DNA of 32,000 nt from Raphidiopsis brookii D9 (GCA_000175855.1 ACYB01000029.1:79550-111549); one strand, 5' to 3'. Counted from the stretch's first letter, positions 20,140-31,826 are shown. Notes: generated by a model from the sequence alone, not told the origin. Numbers and translations: made by a program.

Positions 20140-20313
20140 GATTTTTATCTGGGAGATGATAATATTGAACGGGACAAAATTATTTTGGCTGCTATGGGAT
20201 CGCCAGATGACAGACAGATAGATGGAATAGGAGGTGCAACCACACTGACAAGTAAGGTTGTGGTTTTATCTTTATCCAATCACCATTGGGCAGATATAGA
20301 TTTCCGTGATTGA
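20140..20313 (+). pseudogene. Remnant of a PrpF-like (2-methylaconitate/methylitaconate isomerase family) gene, N-proximal segment only
   Basis: Open codons give DFYLGDDNIERDKIILAAMGSPDDRQIDGIGGATTLTSKVVVLSLSNHHWADIDFRD*, matching the PrpF-family N-terminal signature (ERDxxLLxxMGSPDxRQIDGxGG...SKVxIxS...ADVDY). A TGA precedes it and no downstream continuation was seen. Confidence 0.7.
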
Positions 20314-20363
20314 ACTTTACCATGACCCAATGCTAAACCAGTAACTAGCATTCCTAGCTATAA

Positions 20364-20384
20364 GAGCAGGTTTTAAACCTGCTC
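20364..20384. repeat. Short perfect inverted repeat GAGCAGGTTT-t-AAACCTGCTC
   Basis: 10-nt arms with a 1-nt centre, next to the dxs 3' end. Confidence 0.6.
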
Positions 20385-20390
20385 CTAATC

Positions 20391-22283
20391 CTAAACCTTA
20401 ACTAACTCCTTTTTAAAAAAAGCTTGCAAAATATCGTTGACAATTTGCTCACTAGTTAAACCCAAACCAACTTTAGACTCCTCCGGAGTAGCATGATCCA
20501 CCAATTCATCAGGTATACCAATTCTCTTCACTGGTATAACCACATTGGCATCCAACAAAGCTTCCGCTACCGCAGATCCAAAGCCACCCATTAAACAACC
20601 TTCCTCTAAAGTGACAACCCGACCAATTTTTTCAGCCAGGGGTATAATCAAATCTATATCCAAAGGCTTGACAAATCGCGCATTAATCACAGTAGCTTCA
20701 ATACCATGTTCACTGAGAATCTGGGCAACCTGCATTCCCGAATTAACCATCGTACCGTAGCCCACAATTAGCAGGTCATCTCCCTGACGAAGAATTTCTC
20801 CCTTACCAATTTCTAGAGGTTCCCAACCTTCTTCCATTAGGGGAACACCATAACCATTACCCCGGGGAAAACGCATAGCAATTGGTCCACCTGTATATTC
20901 CACACCGGTAACCACCATTCTTTGTAGTTCTGCTTCATCCTTGGGGGCCATTAACACCATATTGGGAATACAGCGGAGATAAGCAATGTCATACATACCT
21001 TGGTGGGTGGGACCATCAGCTCCTACAATACCTGCCCTATCTAAGCAGAAAAATACGGGTAGGTTTTGAATACAGACATCATGGATAATTTGATCGTAAG
21101 CACGTTGTAGAAATGTAGAATAAATAGCTGCTACAGGGCGCATACCTTCACAGGCCAAACCAGCAGCTAGAGTAACAGCATGTTGCTCCGCAATGCCCAC
21201 ATCAATATATTGGTGGGGTAATTTAGCTTGTAGTTTATCTAAACCAGTACCCGTAGCCATTGCAGCTGTAATGCCAACAATTTTTGGGTTTTGTTCAGCT
21301 AGTTTCACCAAAGTATGAGAAAATACCTTAGAATACGCAGGTGGTTTAGGCTTATTGGAAGGAATTGCTTTACCAGTGGCTAAATTAAAGGGATTTTGGG
21401 CATGATAACCCACCTGGTCTTTTTCAGCTACTTCATATCCCTTACCCTTAACAGTAGCAACATGAACTAAAACTGGACCAAATATTTGATGTGCTTGTTG
21501 AAAGGTAGTAATTAGCTCTTCTAAATTGTGACCATCTACCGGACCCATGTAAGTAAAGCCCAGTTCTTCAAATACTGCACCTAACTTAGACATGGCTAAT
21601 CGCTTCATCCCCTCTGTTACACGTTCTAATTCATCACCAACAAAGGGAATATGTTTGAGTTGTTCTTCAATATTATCAGCAATAAACTGTACTGGAGGGC
21701 TAAGACGCATTTTATTTAGATAGCGAGGTATGGCGCCCACATTGGGAGAGATGGACATTTCATTGTCATTGAGAACCACTAATAAATTAGTTTTAGGTAG
21801 GTGTCCAGCGTGATTAATAGCCTCTAGAGCCATACCTCCTGTTAAAGCACCATCACCAATAACAGCAGCTACCTTGAATTTTTCCCCCTTCATATCCCTA
21901 GCTAAAGCCATACCCAGAGCAGCAGAAATACTAGTGGAAGCGTGTCCCGCACCAAAATGGTCAAATTGGCTCTCACAACGCTTGAGATAACCAGCAACCC
22001 CGTCCTTTTGTCTGAGGGTATGGAAATCATGGTAACGCCCTGTGATTAACTTATGGGGATAAGCTTGGTGTCCCACATCCCAAATTACCTTATCCCGATC
22101 TAAATCTAGTGTCTGGTAGAGTCCCAAAGTTAACTCCACAACTCCTAACCCGGGACCCAGATGTCCACCACTTGCAGCTACAGTTTGTAGGTGTTTATCC
22201 CTAATTTGTTTAGCTATTTCCTGCAGTTGGCGAATAGATAACCCGTGTAACTGGTTTGGATGGGTGATTTCACTCAGAAGCAT
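20391..22283 (-). CDS. dxs: 1-deoxy-D-xylulose-5-phosphate synthase
   Basis: [125 protein letters not shown]. Confidence 0.97.
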   Translation of the reverse strand: MLLSEITHPNQLHGLSIRQLQEIAKQIRDKHLQTVAASGGHLGPGLGVVELTLGLYQTLDLDRDKVIWDVGHQAYPHKLITGRYHDFHTLRQKDGVAGYLKRCESQFDHFGAGHASTSISAALGMALARDMKGEKFKVAAVIGDGALTGGMALEAINHAGHLPKTNLLVVLNDNEMSISPNVGAIPRYLNKMRLSPPVQFIADNIEEQLKHIPFVGDELERVTEGMKRLAMSKLGAVFEELGFTYMGPVDGHNLEELITTFQQAHQIFGPVLVHVATVKGKGYEVAEKDQVGYHAQNPFNLATGKAIPSNKPKPPAYSKVFSHTLVKLAEQNPKIVGITAAMATGTGLDKLQAKLPHQYIDVGIAEQHAVTLAAGLACEGMRPVAAIYSTFLQRAYDQIIHDVCIQNLPVFFCLDRAGIVGADGPTHQGMYDIAYLRCIPNMVLMAPKDEAELQRMVVTGVEYTGGPIAMRFPRGNGYGVPLMEEGWEPLEIGKGEILRQGDDLLIVGYGTMVNSGMQVAQILSEHGIEATVINARFVKPLDIDLIIPLAEKIGRVVTLEEGCLMGGFGSAVAEALLDANVVIPVKRIGIPDELVDHATPEESKVGLGLTSEQIVNDILQAFFKKELVKV

Positions 22284-22488
22284 ATTATAAGCTTTCCCTC
22301 TCTACATTATTGGCATTAATTGATTTTCCTACTAGATGTAGGTACAAAAACGCTGTTTTATAACTATAACGTTGGTTAGCTATCAACGGAGCGGGTAAAT
22401 GGAGGTTGATAAATAAAATGACCAGATTTTGTAGTATATTCGGTGGTGAGAGCATTTTTGATTTGGTGAAATTTTTGGGAGTTTAGCA

Positions 22489-23199
22489 ATGTCCGTATCA
22501 GCAGACCCAGTTAAGTTGATGAAGCAAGAAGTCGGTAAAGCGGCCGCGTCCCTGGTAAAATCAGGTTCTATTGTCGGTTTAGGTACGGGGTCAACTACTG
22601 CTTACACTATTCAGTTTTTGGGCGATCGCCTGAAATCTGGTGAGCTTAAGGATATTGTTGGTATCCCCACTTCCTTTCAGTCGGAAGTTTTGGCAAAACA
22701 CTATGGAGTTCCTCTTACCACTTTAGACGCTGTTGACCATATTGACATTGCTATTGATGGTGCTGATGAAGTTGATCCTAATAAAAATTTAATTAAGGGT
22801 GGTGGTGCAGCACACACTCGAGAAAAGGTAGTAGACTATTTAGCAAGTCAATTTATTGTTGTAGTTGACAGTGGTAAGTTAGTGGACCATTTGGGTTCTA
22901 CCTTTGCTGTTCCCGTGGAAGTGATACCTATGGCTATTACCCCTGTGGTCAACGCTATTAAAAAACTGGGCGGAAATCCGGAATTACGCATGGGTGTGAA
23001 AAAAGCCGGTCCTGTGATTACAGATCAAGGTAATATGGTGGTTGATGTCAAATTTGACACCATTGAAGATCCGGTAAATTTGGAAAAAACCCTGAATAAT
23101 ATCCCTGGTATTCTGGAAAATGGCATCTTTGTCAACTGTGTGGATTTGGTATTAATTGGCGAAGTAATTGATGGTAAGCCCTCTGTCCGACAAATGTAG
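22489..23199 (+). CDS. rpiA: Ribose-5-phosphate isomerase A
   Basis: [45 protein letters not shown] and [12 protein letters not shown] signatures. Confidence 0.96.
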   Translation: MSVSADPVKLMKQEVGKAAASLVKSGSIVGLGTGSTTAYTIQFLGDRLKSGELKDIVGIPTSFQSEVLAKHYGVPLTTLDAVDHIDIAIDGADEVDPNKNLIKGGGAAHTREKVVDYLASQFIVVVDSGKLVDHLGSTFAVPVEVIPMAITPVVNAIKKLGGNPELRMGVKKAGPVITDQGNMVVDVKFDTIEDPVNLEKTLNNIPGILENGIFVNCVDLVLIGEVIDGKPSVRQM

Positions 23200-23246
23200 G
23201 TGGGGGTTGGGAAATGGGGAAATTAACCGATTTAGGAGGGTAAATA

Positions 23247-23681
23247 ATGACATTATCCCTTTATGATCAAGATATTTTACTCTGGGTTGAGGATACGGTT
23301 GCTAAACTCAAAGCTGGGAATTTTCACGACTTAGATATTGTCAATTTAATTCAGGAAGTAGAAGCTTTGGGAAGTTCACAAAAAAGAGAATTATTAAGTC
23401 GTTTAATTGTCTTAATAGAGCACTTGCTTAAACGACTATATGTTAATTCTCCCTATGATTATCATGGTTGGGAGCGGACAATTAGAACTCAAAGGACAGA
23501 GTTAGATATATTAATTAGTCAAGTACCAAGTCTTAAATCCTTATGGAATGAGACCTTTCAGGAAGCTTGGCGACGTGCCCTCAAAAACGTAACCAATGAG
23601 TATAAATCCGTCAATTTTCCCAACCAATGGACTCATTCATGGGACTTAGCAACATTTCTAAGCTCTAATTTCTGGGAGTAA
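23247..23681 (+). CDS. DUF29 family protein
   Basis: LYDQDILLWVEDTVAKLKAGNFHDLDIVNLIQEVEALGSSQKRELLSRLIVLIEHLLK...GWERTIRTQR is the typical DUF29 layout, common in cyanobacteria. Confidence 0.85.
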   Translation: MTLSLYDQDILLWVEDTVAKLKAGNFHDLDIVNLIQEVEALGSSQKRELLSRLIVLIEHLLKRLYVNSPYDYHGWERTIRTQRTELDILISQVPSLKSLWNETFQEAWRRALKNVTNEYKSVNFPNQWTHSWDLATFLSSNFWE

Positions 23682-23717
23682 ATTTAGGAAGTAGTTTCAG
23701 TTTATAAATCTCAACTT

Positions 23718-24893
23718 ATGCTATATAGAAGATTTGGTCGCACTAACTTACAAATGCCTGTATTTTCCTGCGGGGGGATGCGTTATCAGTTTAAGTGGCA
23801 AGATATTCCTCTCCAGGAAATACCTGGGGATAATCAACGGAATTTAGCCAATATTATTCATCGAGCTGTTGATTTGGGCATCAATCATATAGAGACTGCC
23901 CGATTTTATGGTACTTCTGAAATGCAATTGGGGCAAGTTTTACCTAATATGGACAGAGAAAAGTTAATAGTCCAAACCAAAGTACCTCCCTGTTCAGATC
24001 CCCAGGAATTTCGCCAAATCTTTGAAAAATCCCTGGCCTATCTACAGTTAGAATATGTTGATTTGTTGGGGTTGCATGGAATCAACAACCAAGAACTTTT
24101 GGACTATAGCATTGGTGGTTGCTTGCAGGTAGCTAAAGAATTACAAGCCCAAGGTAAAGCGAGATTTATTGGGTTTTCTACCCACGCACCTCTGGAAGTA
24201 ATTTTACAAGCAGTTAACACTAATGAATTTGACTATATCAACCTCCATTGGTACTATATCAATCAATGGAATTGGCCAGCCATAGAAGCTGCTAATAAGT
24301 TAGATATGGGTGTGTTTATTATCAGTCCTGCTAATAAGGGGGGTATGTTATATCAACCTTCCCCAAAATTGGTTGAACTTTGTCAACCATTAAGTCCCAT
24401 AGTCTTTAATGATTTGTTTTGTTTGAGCCATCCCCAAGTTCATACTCTCAGTATTGGAGCAGCACAGCCAGGTGATTTTGATGAACATTTAAAGACCTTA
24501 GAATTGTTAGACACAGCTGATGAAATTTTACCACCAATTATCGCCAAATTAGAAAAAGCAGCCATAGACACCTTGGGTGAAGATTGGATAAAAACCTGGG
24601 ATACCAATTTACCAGTTTGGGAAAATACCCCAGGTAATATTAACATTAAATTGATTCTCTGGCTGTTAAATTTAGCTTTGTCTTATGACATGATAGAATA
24701 CGGAAAAATGCGCTATAATTTGCTGGGCAATGCTGACCATTGGTTCCCAGGAAACAGGGCTGACAAATTAGAAGAATTGGATTTGCAAGAATGTTTAGGT
24801 AATAGTCCCCATTCAGAAAAAATTCCCCTAATGTTATCTAAAGCTCATACTATCTTCAAGGGTGAAGAGGTAAAACGATTATCTCAAAGTTAA
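23718..24893 (+). CDS. Aldo/keto reductase family protein
   Basis: MLYRRFGRTNLQMPVFSCGGMR, AVDLGINHIETARFYGTSEMQLGQVL, LLGLHGINN, ARFIGFSTHAP, FDYINLHWYYIN. Confidence 0.9.
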   Translation: MLYRRFGRTNLQMPVFSCGGMRYQFKWQDIPLQEIPGDNQRNLANIIHRAVDLGINHIETARFYGTSEMQLGQVLPNMDREKLIVQTKVPPCSDPQEFRQIFEKSLAYLQLEYVDLLGLHGINNQELLDYSIGGCLQVAKELQAQGKARFIGFSTHAPLEVILQAVNTNEFDYINLHWYYINQWNWPAIEAANKLDMGVFIISPANKGGMLYQPSPKLVELCQPLSPIVFNDLFCLSHPQVHTLSIGAAQPGDFDEHLKTLELLDTADEILPPIIAKLEKAAIDTLGEDWIKTWDTNLPVWENTPGNINIKLILWLLNLALSYDMIEYGKMRYNLLGNADHWFPGNRADKLEELDLQECLGNSPHSEKIPLMLSKAHTIFKGEEVKRLSQS

Positions 24894-24914
24894 ATTCCTC
24901 CATCACCCTCTGAA

Positions 24915-26216
24915 CTAATTTGTATGGGGGACAACTAAAACCTTGTCAACTCTATTGCCATCCATATCCATAACTTCAATTCTCATTCCTTGCCATTCAA
25001 AATGGTCTGCTGCGGTAGGAATACGTCCTAAATTAGTGATGACTAACCCACCCAGAGTTTGATAGTTTCCTCTTGCTTCCGTTTCTAATTCTTCCACGTC
25101 AAAAAGTTCAAAAAACTCTTCTACGGGTAACATACCATCCACCAACCAGGAACCATCTTCCCTTTGTACCGCTTGAGGTTCTTCCTGTCCCGGTTGTGCA
25201 GGAACATCACCCACAATTTCACTCATAATGTCATTTAGGGTAACCAAGCCTTGAATTACTCCATACTCGTCTACAACTAAAGCAATATGAGTGACAGTTT
25301 GTTTAAATAATTCCAGAACCTTTAAACCTCTGGTGCTTTCAGGTACAAAAACTGGTTGACGTAATCCTATGGTTAAATCAAAAGGTTCATTGCGTAAACT
25401 CCTGGAGAGTAAATCAGTTACCGGAATTACCCCTAAAACATTGTCCATTCCTTCTTGACATACGGGGTAACGGGAGTAATTACTCGCAGACATTTTCTGG
25501 CGATTTTCCTCGGGTGAATCATCCAGGTCTAACCAGACAATGTCCGGACGAGGAGTCATGAAAAAAGTCACCGGGCGATCGCCCAGACGAAATACCCTCT
25601 CGACCATATCCTGCTCCGCTGCTTCAAACGTTCCTGCTTCCGTACCTTGTTCTATTAAAATCTTGATTTCCTCTTCCGTAACCTGGGGTTCCTCCGAAGG
25701 TCTAATACCCAAAATTTGTAACACTGTCTCGGTTGATATACTCAACATGTATACTATAGGAGAAGCTAAACTAGCTAAAGCCCTCATAGGAATAGCTATA
25801 AAAGCAGCTATTTTTTCCGGATTATTCAATGCTAAACGTTTTGGTACTAATTCACCAACAATTAAGGATAAATAGGTAATGACTAAAACTACCACGCCAA
25901 AAGCAATAGTCTGACTATAAGGTGATAAAAAGGGTACTAACTCAACATATTTTTCCAATCTTTGGGCAATGGTAGCACCACCGAAAACACCGTTTAGAAT
26001 ATTAATCAGTGTGATTCCCACCTGAACAATGGACAGGAAGTGATTAGGAGCTTCTGCTAGCTCTAAAGCAGCTTGAGCATTAAGACTTCCTTGATTGGCT
26101 AATTGCTGTAATCTAGCTTTACGAGCAGACACTATAGCCATTTCCGACATGGAAAATATTCCGTTAGCCAAAATCAGTGCCAAAATAATGAGAATTTCCA
26201 CAGTAATGGGAGACAT
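24915..26216 (-). CDS. CNNM/DUF21-CBS transporter-like membrane protein (CorC/TlyC 'hemolysin' family)
   Basis: LILALILANGIFSMSEMAIVSARKARL, GELVPKRLALNNPE, DRPVTFFMTPRPDIVWLDLDD, HIALVVDEYGVIQGLVTLNDIMSEIVGD. Confidence 0.93.
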   Translation of the reverse strand: MSPITVEILIILALILANGIFSMSEMAIVSARKARLQQLANQGSLNAQAALELAEAPNHFLSIVQVGITLINILNGVFGGATIAQRLEKYVELVPFLSPYSQTIAFGVVVLVITYLSLIVGELVPKRLALNNPEKIAAFIAIPMRALASLASPIVYMLSISTETVLQILGIRPSEEPQVTEEEIKILIEQGTEAGTFEAAEQDMVERVFRLGDRPVTFFMTPRPDIVWLDLDDSPEENRQKMSASNYSRYPVCQEGMDNVLGVIPVTDLLSRSLRNEPFDLTIGLRQPVFVPESTRGLKVLELFKQTVTHIALVVDEYGVIQGLVTLNDIMSEIVGDVPAQPGQEEPQAVQREDGSWLVDGMLPVEEFFELFDVEELETEARGNYQTLGGLVITNLGRIPTAADHFEWQGMRIEVMDMDGNRVDKVLVVPHTN

Positions 26217-26384
26217 GGGAGTGAGGGAATGAGGGAGAAAGAGATAGCAAGAGGGAAAAAATGATTTTTCCTTCCCACCAATTTATTACTCATATTACCC
26301 ATTTTCCATTTGCGTAAAATAATTGGTATATAGATTGTATCTATATTTTTTCTTCTTTTTCGACTTCTCACTTGAGCAACAGCT

Positions 26385-29300
26385 ATGACTTTTTCTTCTA
26401 TTGTACGTAGTTTGATGCGATCGCCTCTGACCACGGAACTCAACAATCAACTCAAAAAACACCAGCAATTGGGCTTAAATGGCATTTCTCGCCTACCCAA
26501 AAATCTCATCGCTTCTGCGCTTGCTAACCAAGAAAGTCGTGATTTGTGTATTATCTGTGCCACATTAGAGGAAGCCGGTAGATTTTATGCCCAATTAGAA
26601 ACTATGGGATGGAATACTGTCCACTTTTACCCAACATCGGAAGCTTCTCCCTATCAACCTTTTGATCCGGAAACAGAGTTAAGTTGGGGTCAAATGCAGG
26701 TATTAGCGGATTTAGTTAGTAATAGTGATCATAAGAGTATGGCTCTTATTACCACCATAGGAGCATTACAACCACACTTACCACCTCGGGAACATTTTAA
26801 ATCCTTCTGCTTGACCTTACAAAAGGATATGGCATATAGTTTAGAACAATTTGGGGAAAAAATAACTGCTTTGGGATACGAGCGGGTTTCCCTAGTGGAA
26901 ACAGAAGGTCAATGGAGTAGACGGGGTGACATTGTGGATGTATTTCCCGTTGCTTGTGAGTTACCGGTGCGTTTGGAATGGTTTGGGGATGACATTGAAA
27001 AAATCCGTGAATTTGATCCTAGTACCCAGCGCTCAGCGTTAGACAAAGTCAATCAAATTACCTTGACCCCCACCAGTTTTGCACCGATTGTTTTATCTGC
27101 TTTGAAAGATAATGCTCCATTTTGGCAATTCAGTTCCCAACTTGATTTAAATTCAGAAGTAATAGAAAATTCAGGGTTAGAAGGTAGTAGAAGATTTCTG
27201 GGTTTTGCCTTCGACCAACCCGCATCAATTCTAGATTATTTACCAACCAATACCCTAGTAGCAATTGATGAAATTGAACAATGTCATGCCCATGGCGATC
27301 GCTGGGTAGAAAATGCCGATGAGCAATGGCTACTAATCAACGATCAATTATCTACCACCTTCCCGAAAATACATATAAATTTTGAGGAATGTTTAGGGGA
27401 AAAAGTCAGCAATTTTAGTACCCTATATTTATCGGAAATAGCAGAAGAAAATAGTGGTAATATAACTGACAAAGATGCCAGTCAGCCAACCAGTTCCCAC
27501 AGGTTTGTTCCCAGCTATAATTTAGCAGGTAGACCCTTACCAATCCATCCCCATCAATTTGCGAAATTAGCAGCTACCATCCGCCAAGAAAGAGACCACA
27601 AATTTGCGGTTTGGATTATTTCTGCCCAACCTTCTCGTTCGGTTGCTCTATTGCAAGAACATGATTGTGCAGCTCAGTTTATTCCCAATCCGAGAGATTA
27701 TCAAGCCATTGATAAACTGCAAATTAATCAAACACCAGTTGCTCTGAAATATTCTGGTTTAGCGGAATTAGAAGGAGTAATTTTACCTTCTTACCGGTTA
27801 GTAATTATTACGGATCGGGAATTTTATGGTCAACACGCCCTAGCTAACTTTGGCTATGTGCGTAAACGTCGTAAAGCAGCATCTAAACAGGTTGATCCTA
27901 ATAAATTAAGGGCGGGTGATTTTGTCGTACATCGTAGCCATGGAATCGGCAAATTTGTCAAATTAGAAAGTTTGACAATCAATGACGAAACCCGGGATTA
28001 TTTAGTCATTCAATATGCTGATGGTGTGTTGAGAGTAGCAGCAGATCAAGTTGGTTCCCTCTCCAGATTTAGAACGAACTTAGATAGACCCCCACAACTA
28101 CATAAAATGACCGGTAAAGCTTGGGATAACACCAAGAATAAAGTCAAAAAAGCTATTAAAAAATTAGCAGTTGATTTGTTACAATTATATGCAGCTCGTT
28201 CCCAGCAAGAGGGTTTTTCCTACCCACAAGACATGCCTTGGCAAGAAGAAATGGAAGATTCCTTTCCTTACCAACCCACCATAGATCAATTAAAAGCAGT
28301 GCAAGATGTTAAGAGAGATATGGAAAGTCCAAGACCTATGGATCGCCTAGTTTGTGGTGACGTGGGTTTTGGTAAAACAGAAGTGGCAATTAGGGCAATT
28401 TTTAAAGCTGTTACTGCAGGTAAACAAGTAGCACTTTTAGCTCCAACCACTATTTTAACTCAGCAACATTATCACACCATAAAAGAACGTTTTGCACCCT
28501 ATCCTATCCATGTAGGCTTATTAAATCGTTTCCGTTCTCCTGAAGAAAAACGCAATATTCAAAAACGACTATTAACTGGTGAGTTAGATATAGTTGTGGG
28601 CACCCATCAATTGTTAGGTAAAGGAGTACAATTTAAGGACTTAGGATTATTAGTAATTGATGAAGAGCAGAGATTTGGAGTCAATCAAAAAGAAAAAATC
28701 AAAACTTTAAAAACACACCTGGACGTATTGACCCTATCAGCAACCCCCATTCCCAGAACCTTATATATGTCCCTATCTGGGATTAGAGAAATGAGTTTAA
28801 TTACCACTCCACCTCCTACTAGAAGACCGATTCAAACCCATTTAGCCCCATTAAACCCCCAAATTGTCAGCAGTGCCATTAGACAGGAATTAGATAGGGG
28901 CGGACAAGTGTTTTACGTTGTCCCCAGGGTTGAGGGTATAGAAGAAACTACAACCAGACTCCGAGAAATGATTCCCAGCGGTAGATTTGTCATAGCCCAT
29001 GGTCAAATGGATGAAAGTCAGCTAGAATCAACCATGTTAACTTTTAGTAACCATGAAGCAGACATTTTAGTATGTACCACAATTATCGAATCTGGATTAG
29101 ATATCCCGCGAGTTAATACCATTTTAATTGAAGATGCTCACCGATTTGGACTCTCCCAATTATATCAATTAAGGGGAAGAGTAGGAAGAGCAGGAATTCA
29201 AGCCCATGCTTGGTTGTTTTATCCTAAACAAAGAGAATTGTCCGATGCTGCTAGACAAAGATTAAGAGCCATTCAAGAATTTACCCAACTAGGTTCTGGT

Positions 29301-29993
29301 TATCAATTAGCTATGCGGGATATGGAAATTCGTGGGGTAGGCAATTTATTAGGTGCGGAACAATCAGGTCAAATGAATGCTATTGGATTTGACTTATATA
29401 TGGAAATGTTAGAGGAAGCAATTAGGGAGATTAGGGGTCAAGAAATACCCAAGGTTGATGACACCCAAATTGATTTGAACCTGACCGCATTTATTCCTGC
29501 AACCTATATTACCGATATTGATCAAAAAATGAGTGCCTATCGTGCGGTAGCGACGGCCAAATCCAAGGAAGAATTAAAAGCAATAGCAGCAGAATGGAAT
29601 GATAGATATGGTATTATACCCCCCCCAGCAAATCAAATGCTCAGAGTTATGGAATTGAAACAACTGGCAAAAAATCTAGGTTTTAGTAGGATTAAACCAG
29701 AGAATAAGCAACATATAGTATTGGAAACACCAATGGAAGAACCTGCTTGGAACTTGTTGGCCCAGAGGTTGACGGAAAATATGAAAAATCGGTTTGTATA
29801 TTCTCCTGGGAAGGTTACAGCTAGGGGTTTGGCTGTATTTAAGGCTGAACAACAGTTGGAAACCCTAATAGATGTTTTAGCAAAATGTAACTATGCACAA
29901 AAGTATAGGGGAGAACCAAGGAAAACAATCCATGAAGTAGGATTGGTGTTCAGTTCCAGCAAACGTAACCTCATTCAAGCAGATTGGGAATAA
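26385..29993 (+). CDS. mfd: Transcription-repair coupling factor Mfd, with an apparently foreign ~35-aa C-terminus
   Basis: RID/helicase motifs ([127 protein letters not shown]). The last ~35 codons match the tail of the gene at 30274-31826. Confidence 0.96.
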   Translation: MTFSSIVRSLMRSPLTTELNNQLKKHQQLGLNGISRLPKNLIASALANQESRDLCIICATLEEAGRFYAQLETMGWNTVHFYPTSEASPYQPFDPETELSWGQMQVLADLVSNSDHKSMALITTIGALQPHLPPREHFKSFCLTLQKDMAYSLEQFGEKITALGYERVSLVETEGQWSRRGDIVDVFPVACELPVRLEWFGDDIEKIREFDPSTQRSALDKVNQITLTPTSFAPIVLSALKDNAPFWQFSSQLDLNSEVIENSGLEGSRRFLGFAFDQPASILDYLPTNTLVAIDEIEQCHAHGDRWVENADEQWLLINDQLSTTFPKIHINFEECLGEKVSNFSTLYLSEIAEENSGNITDKDASQPTSSHRFVPSYNLAGRPLPIHPHQFAKLAATIRQERDHKFAVWIISAQPSRSVALLQEHDCAAQFIPNPRDYQAIDKLQINQTPVALKYSGLAELEGVILPSYRLVIITDREFYGQHALANFGYVRKRRKAASKQVDPNKLRAGDFVVHRSHGIGKFVKLESLTINDETRDYLVIQYADGVLRVAADQVGSLSRFRTNLDRPPQLHKMTGKAWDNTKNKVKKAIKKLAVDLLQLYAARSQQEGFSYPQDMPWQEEMEDSFPYQPTIDQLKAVQDVKRDMESPRPMDRLVCGDVGFGKTEVAIRAIFKAVTAGKQVALLAPTTILTQQHYHTIKERFAPYPIHVGLLNRFRSPEEKRNIQKRLLTGELDIVVGTHQLLGKGVQFKDLGLLVIDEEQRFGVNQKEKIKTLKTHLDVLTLSATPIPRTLYMSLSGIREMSLITTPPPTRRPIQTHLAPLNPQIVSSAIRQELDRGGQVFYVVPRVEGIEETTTRLREMIPSGRFVIAHGQMDESQLESTMLTFSNHEADILVCTTIIESGLDIPRVNTILIEDAHRFGLSQLYQLRGRVGRAGIQAHAWLFYPKQRELSDAARQRLRAIQEFTQLGSGYQLAMRDMEIRGVGNLLGAEQSGQMNAIGFDLYMEMLEEAIREIRGQEIPKVDDTQIDLNLTAFIPATYITDIDQKMSAYRAVATAKSKEELKAIAAEWNDRYGIIPPPANQMLRVMELKQLAKNLGFSRIKPENKQHIVLETPMEEPAWNLLAQRLTENMKNRFVYSPGKVTARGLAVFKAEQQLETLIDVLAKCNYAQKYRGEPRKTIHEVGLVFSSSKRNLIQADWE

Positions 29994-30007
29994 ATTAAGA
30001 TAAACTG
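29882..30007 (+). repeat. Direct repeat copy A: Mfd 3' end plus 3' flank, homologous to 31715..31840
   Basis: Ungapped 126-nt alignment with 11 mismatches counted by eye. Both copies are read in the same codon phase and end in ...[14 protein letters not shown]-stop. Confidence 0.93.
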
Positions 30008-30273
30008 CGATCGCGAAGCACTCGCGAGCTCGCCCTTTTTAAAAATTTACAAATACCCCAATTAATACAACAGATGTTGGGTTGACAAAACCCAATCTAA
30101 TGTAACCTAAACCCCCCCATCCACAAATTTGAGACAAGGAATTCATTCTCTATCTGTGACCGACAAGCGATCGCCCTTTTGATTTAAAATAAATTCACAT
30201 AATTCACATAAATAACTCCGGTGATTAAATTAGAGATAAACTAGGATAAGATAATAAGCAAACATTCATTACT

Positions 30274-31826
30274 ATGAACCCCAAAAATCTCCCGTTGGGA
30301 ATCAACACCCTGAGCATGCTACGGGAAAACAATTGCGTCTATGTGGACAAAACGGAAATAGCTCACCGTCTGATCCGCATTCCTGGACGCTTCTTTCTAT
30401 CTCGTCCCCGGCGTTTTGGCAAAAGTCTGTTTATAGATACCCTCAAGGAGATTTTCGAAGGGAATCAGAAATTATTTGAGGGGCTTTATATTTATGACCA
30501 ATGGGACTGGAGCAGAAAATTCCCAGTGATTAAAATAGATTTTGCTGGTGGGGTATTAAAAAACCGACAAGAACTGGATGTGCGCATACTGGATATTTTG
30601 GAGGAAAATGCAGAGCATCTGGGTGTGTCCTATGAGTCAACTGATATACCGGGAAAATTAGGAACATTGATTCGTAAAGCCATGGCAAAATATGGAGAAC
30701 GTGCTGTAGTACTGGTAGATGAATACGATAAACCCATCCTGGACAATATAGACAACCCACCTATTGCAGCTGAAATGCGGGAAGGACTCAAGAATCTATA
30801 CTCCGTCCTCAAGCAACAGGATGCCAACCTGCAGTTCGTCTTCATGACCGGAGTGACCAAATTTTCCAAAGTCAGCCTTTTTAGCGGGGTCAACCAACTC
30901 ACGGACATCACCATTGATACTAGATACTCCTCCATCTGTGGTTACACCGAAACCGACCTCACCCAATCCTTTGGAGAACACCTTGCAGGAGCAGATCGAG
31001 AAGCAGTGCGCTCCTGGTATAATGGTTATAACTGGACAGGTTCGGAGAGCGTCTATAACCCCTACGATATTCTCATGTTTATCGATAAGAGGAAGATATT
31101 TCGCAACTACTGGTTTGAGACGGGTAGTCCGAGCTTTCTAGTTAAACTATTCCAAGCCAAGTGTTACTTCCTCCCCAACCTAGAGCATCTAGAGGTAACC
31201 GAGGAGATACTCGAGTCCTTTGAAGTAGAAAGGATCAACCCAGTCACCTTGTTATTTCAATCAGGGTATTTAACCATTGAGAGCACCTTTACCGCTATGG
31301 AACGTTACATGTTCCGACTAAAAATCCCCAACCGGGAGGTGAAGGTCGCCCTGGGAGATCAATTAGTCAACGCCTACACTGACTTCGTTGAAGAGAAATT
31401 AGGTATTCAGAGACCCTTATATGAAAAATTGTTCCAAGGTGATGTTAATGGATTTATCGACAGAGTCAGACGATTGTTTGCTTCTATCCCTTGGCGTAAC
31501 TTCACCAATAATGACCTAGCGAACTTCGAGGGTTACTACGCTTCTGTACTATATGCCTTTCTAAGTTCCTTAATGCGCGGATCATCCCCGAGGATATTAC
31601 CAATTACAGTCAAGCGGACATAACAGCCATCCTAGGTGATCATATTTACGTGATGGAAATCAAAGTAATAGACGGGGACAAGTTGAAAGAGAACCTAGCT
31701 CTAAAACAGATACGAAAATGTAATTATGCTCAAAAGTATGGGGGAGAACCAGGAAAAACCGTTCATGAAGTAGGATTGGTGTTCAGCTCCAGCAAACGTA
31801 ACCTCATTCAAGCGGATTGGGAATAA
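30274..31826 (+). pseudogene. AAA-ATPase-like plus PD-(D/E)XK nuclease superfamily protein (DUF1703-type), interrupted by an apparent 1-nt deletion near 31567-31573
   Basis: ATPase part is intact: FFLSRPRRFGKSLFIDTLKEIFEG (Walker A-like), AVVLVDEYDKPILDNI (Walker B), ITIDTRYSSICGYTETDL. The ORF ends at 31623, but the -1 frame continues [85 protein letters not shown] with a D...E-x-K nuclease motif. Confidence 0.85.

Noticed and set aside
26174-26446. Minus-strand ORF between the CNNM-like gene and mfd
   Set aside because: Overlaps both gene starts, low-complexity/hydrophobic C-terminus, no domain signature.
30530-31141. Antisense/alternate-frame ORFs (30530..30760, 30630..30935, 30796..30981, 30914..31141)
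   Set aside because: All lie inside the well-supported AAA-ATPase coding region and have no recognisable products.
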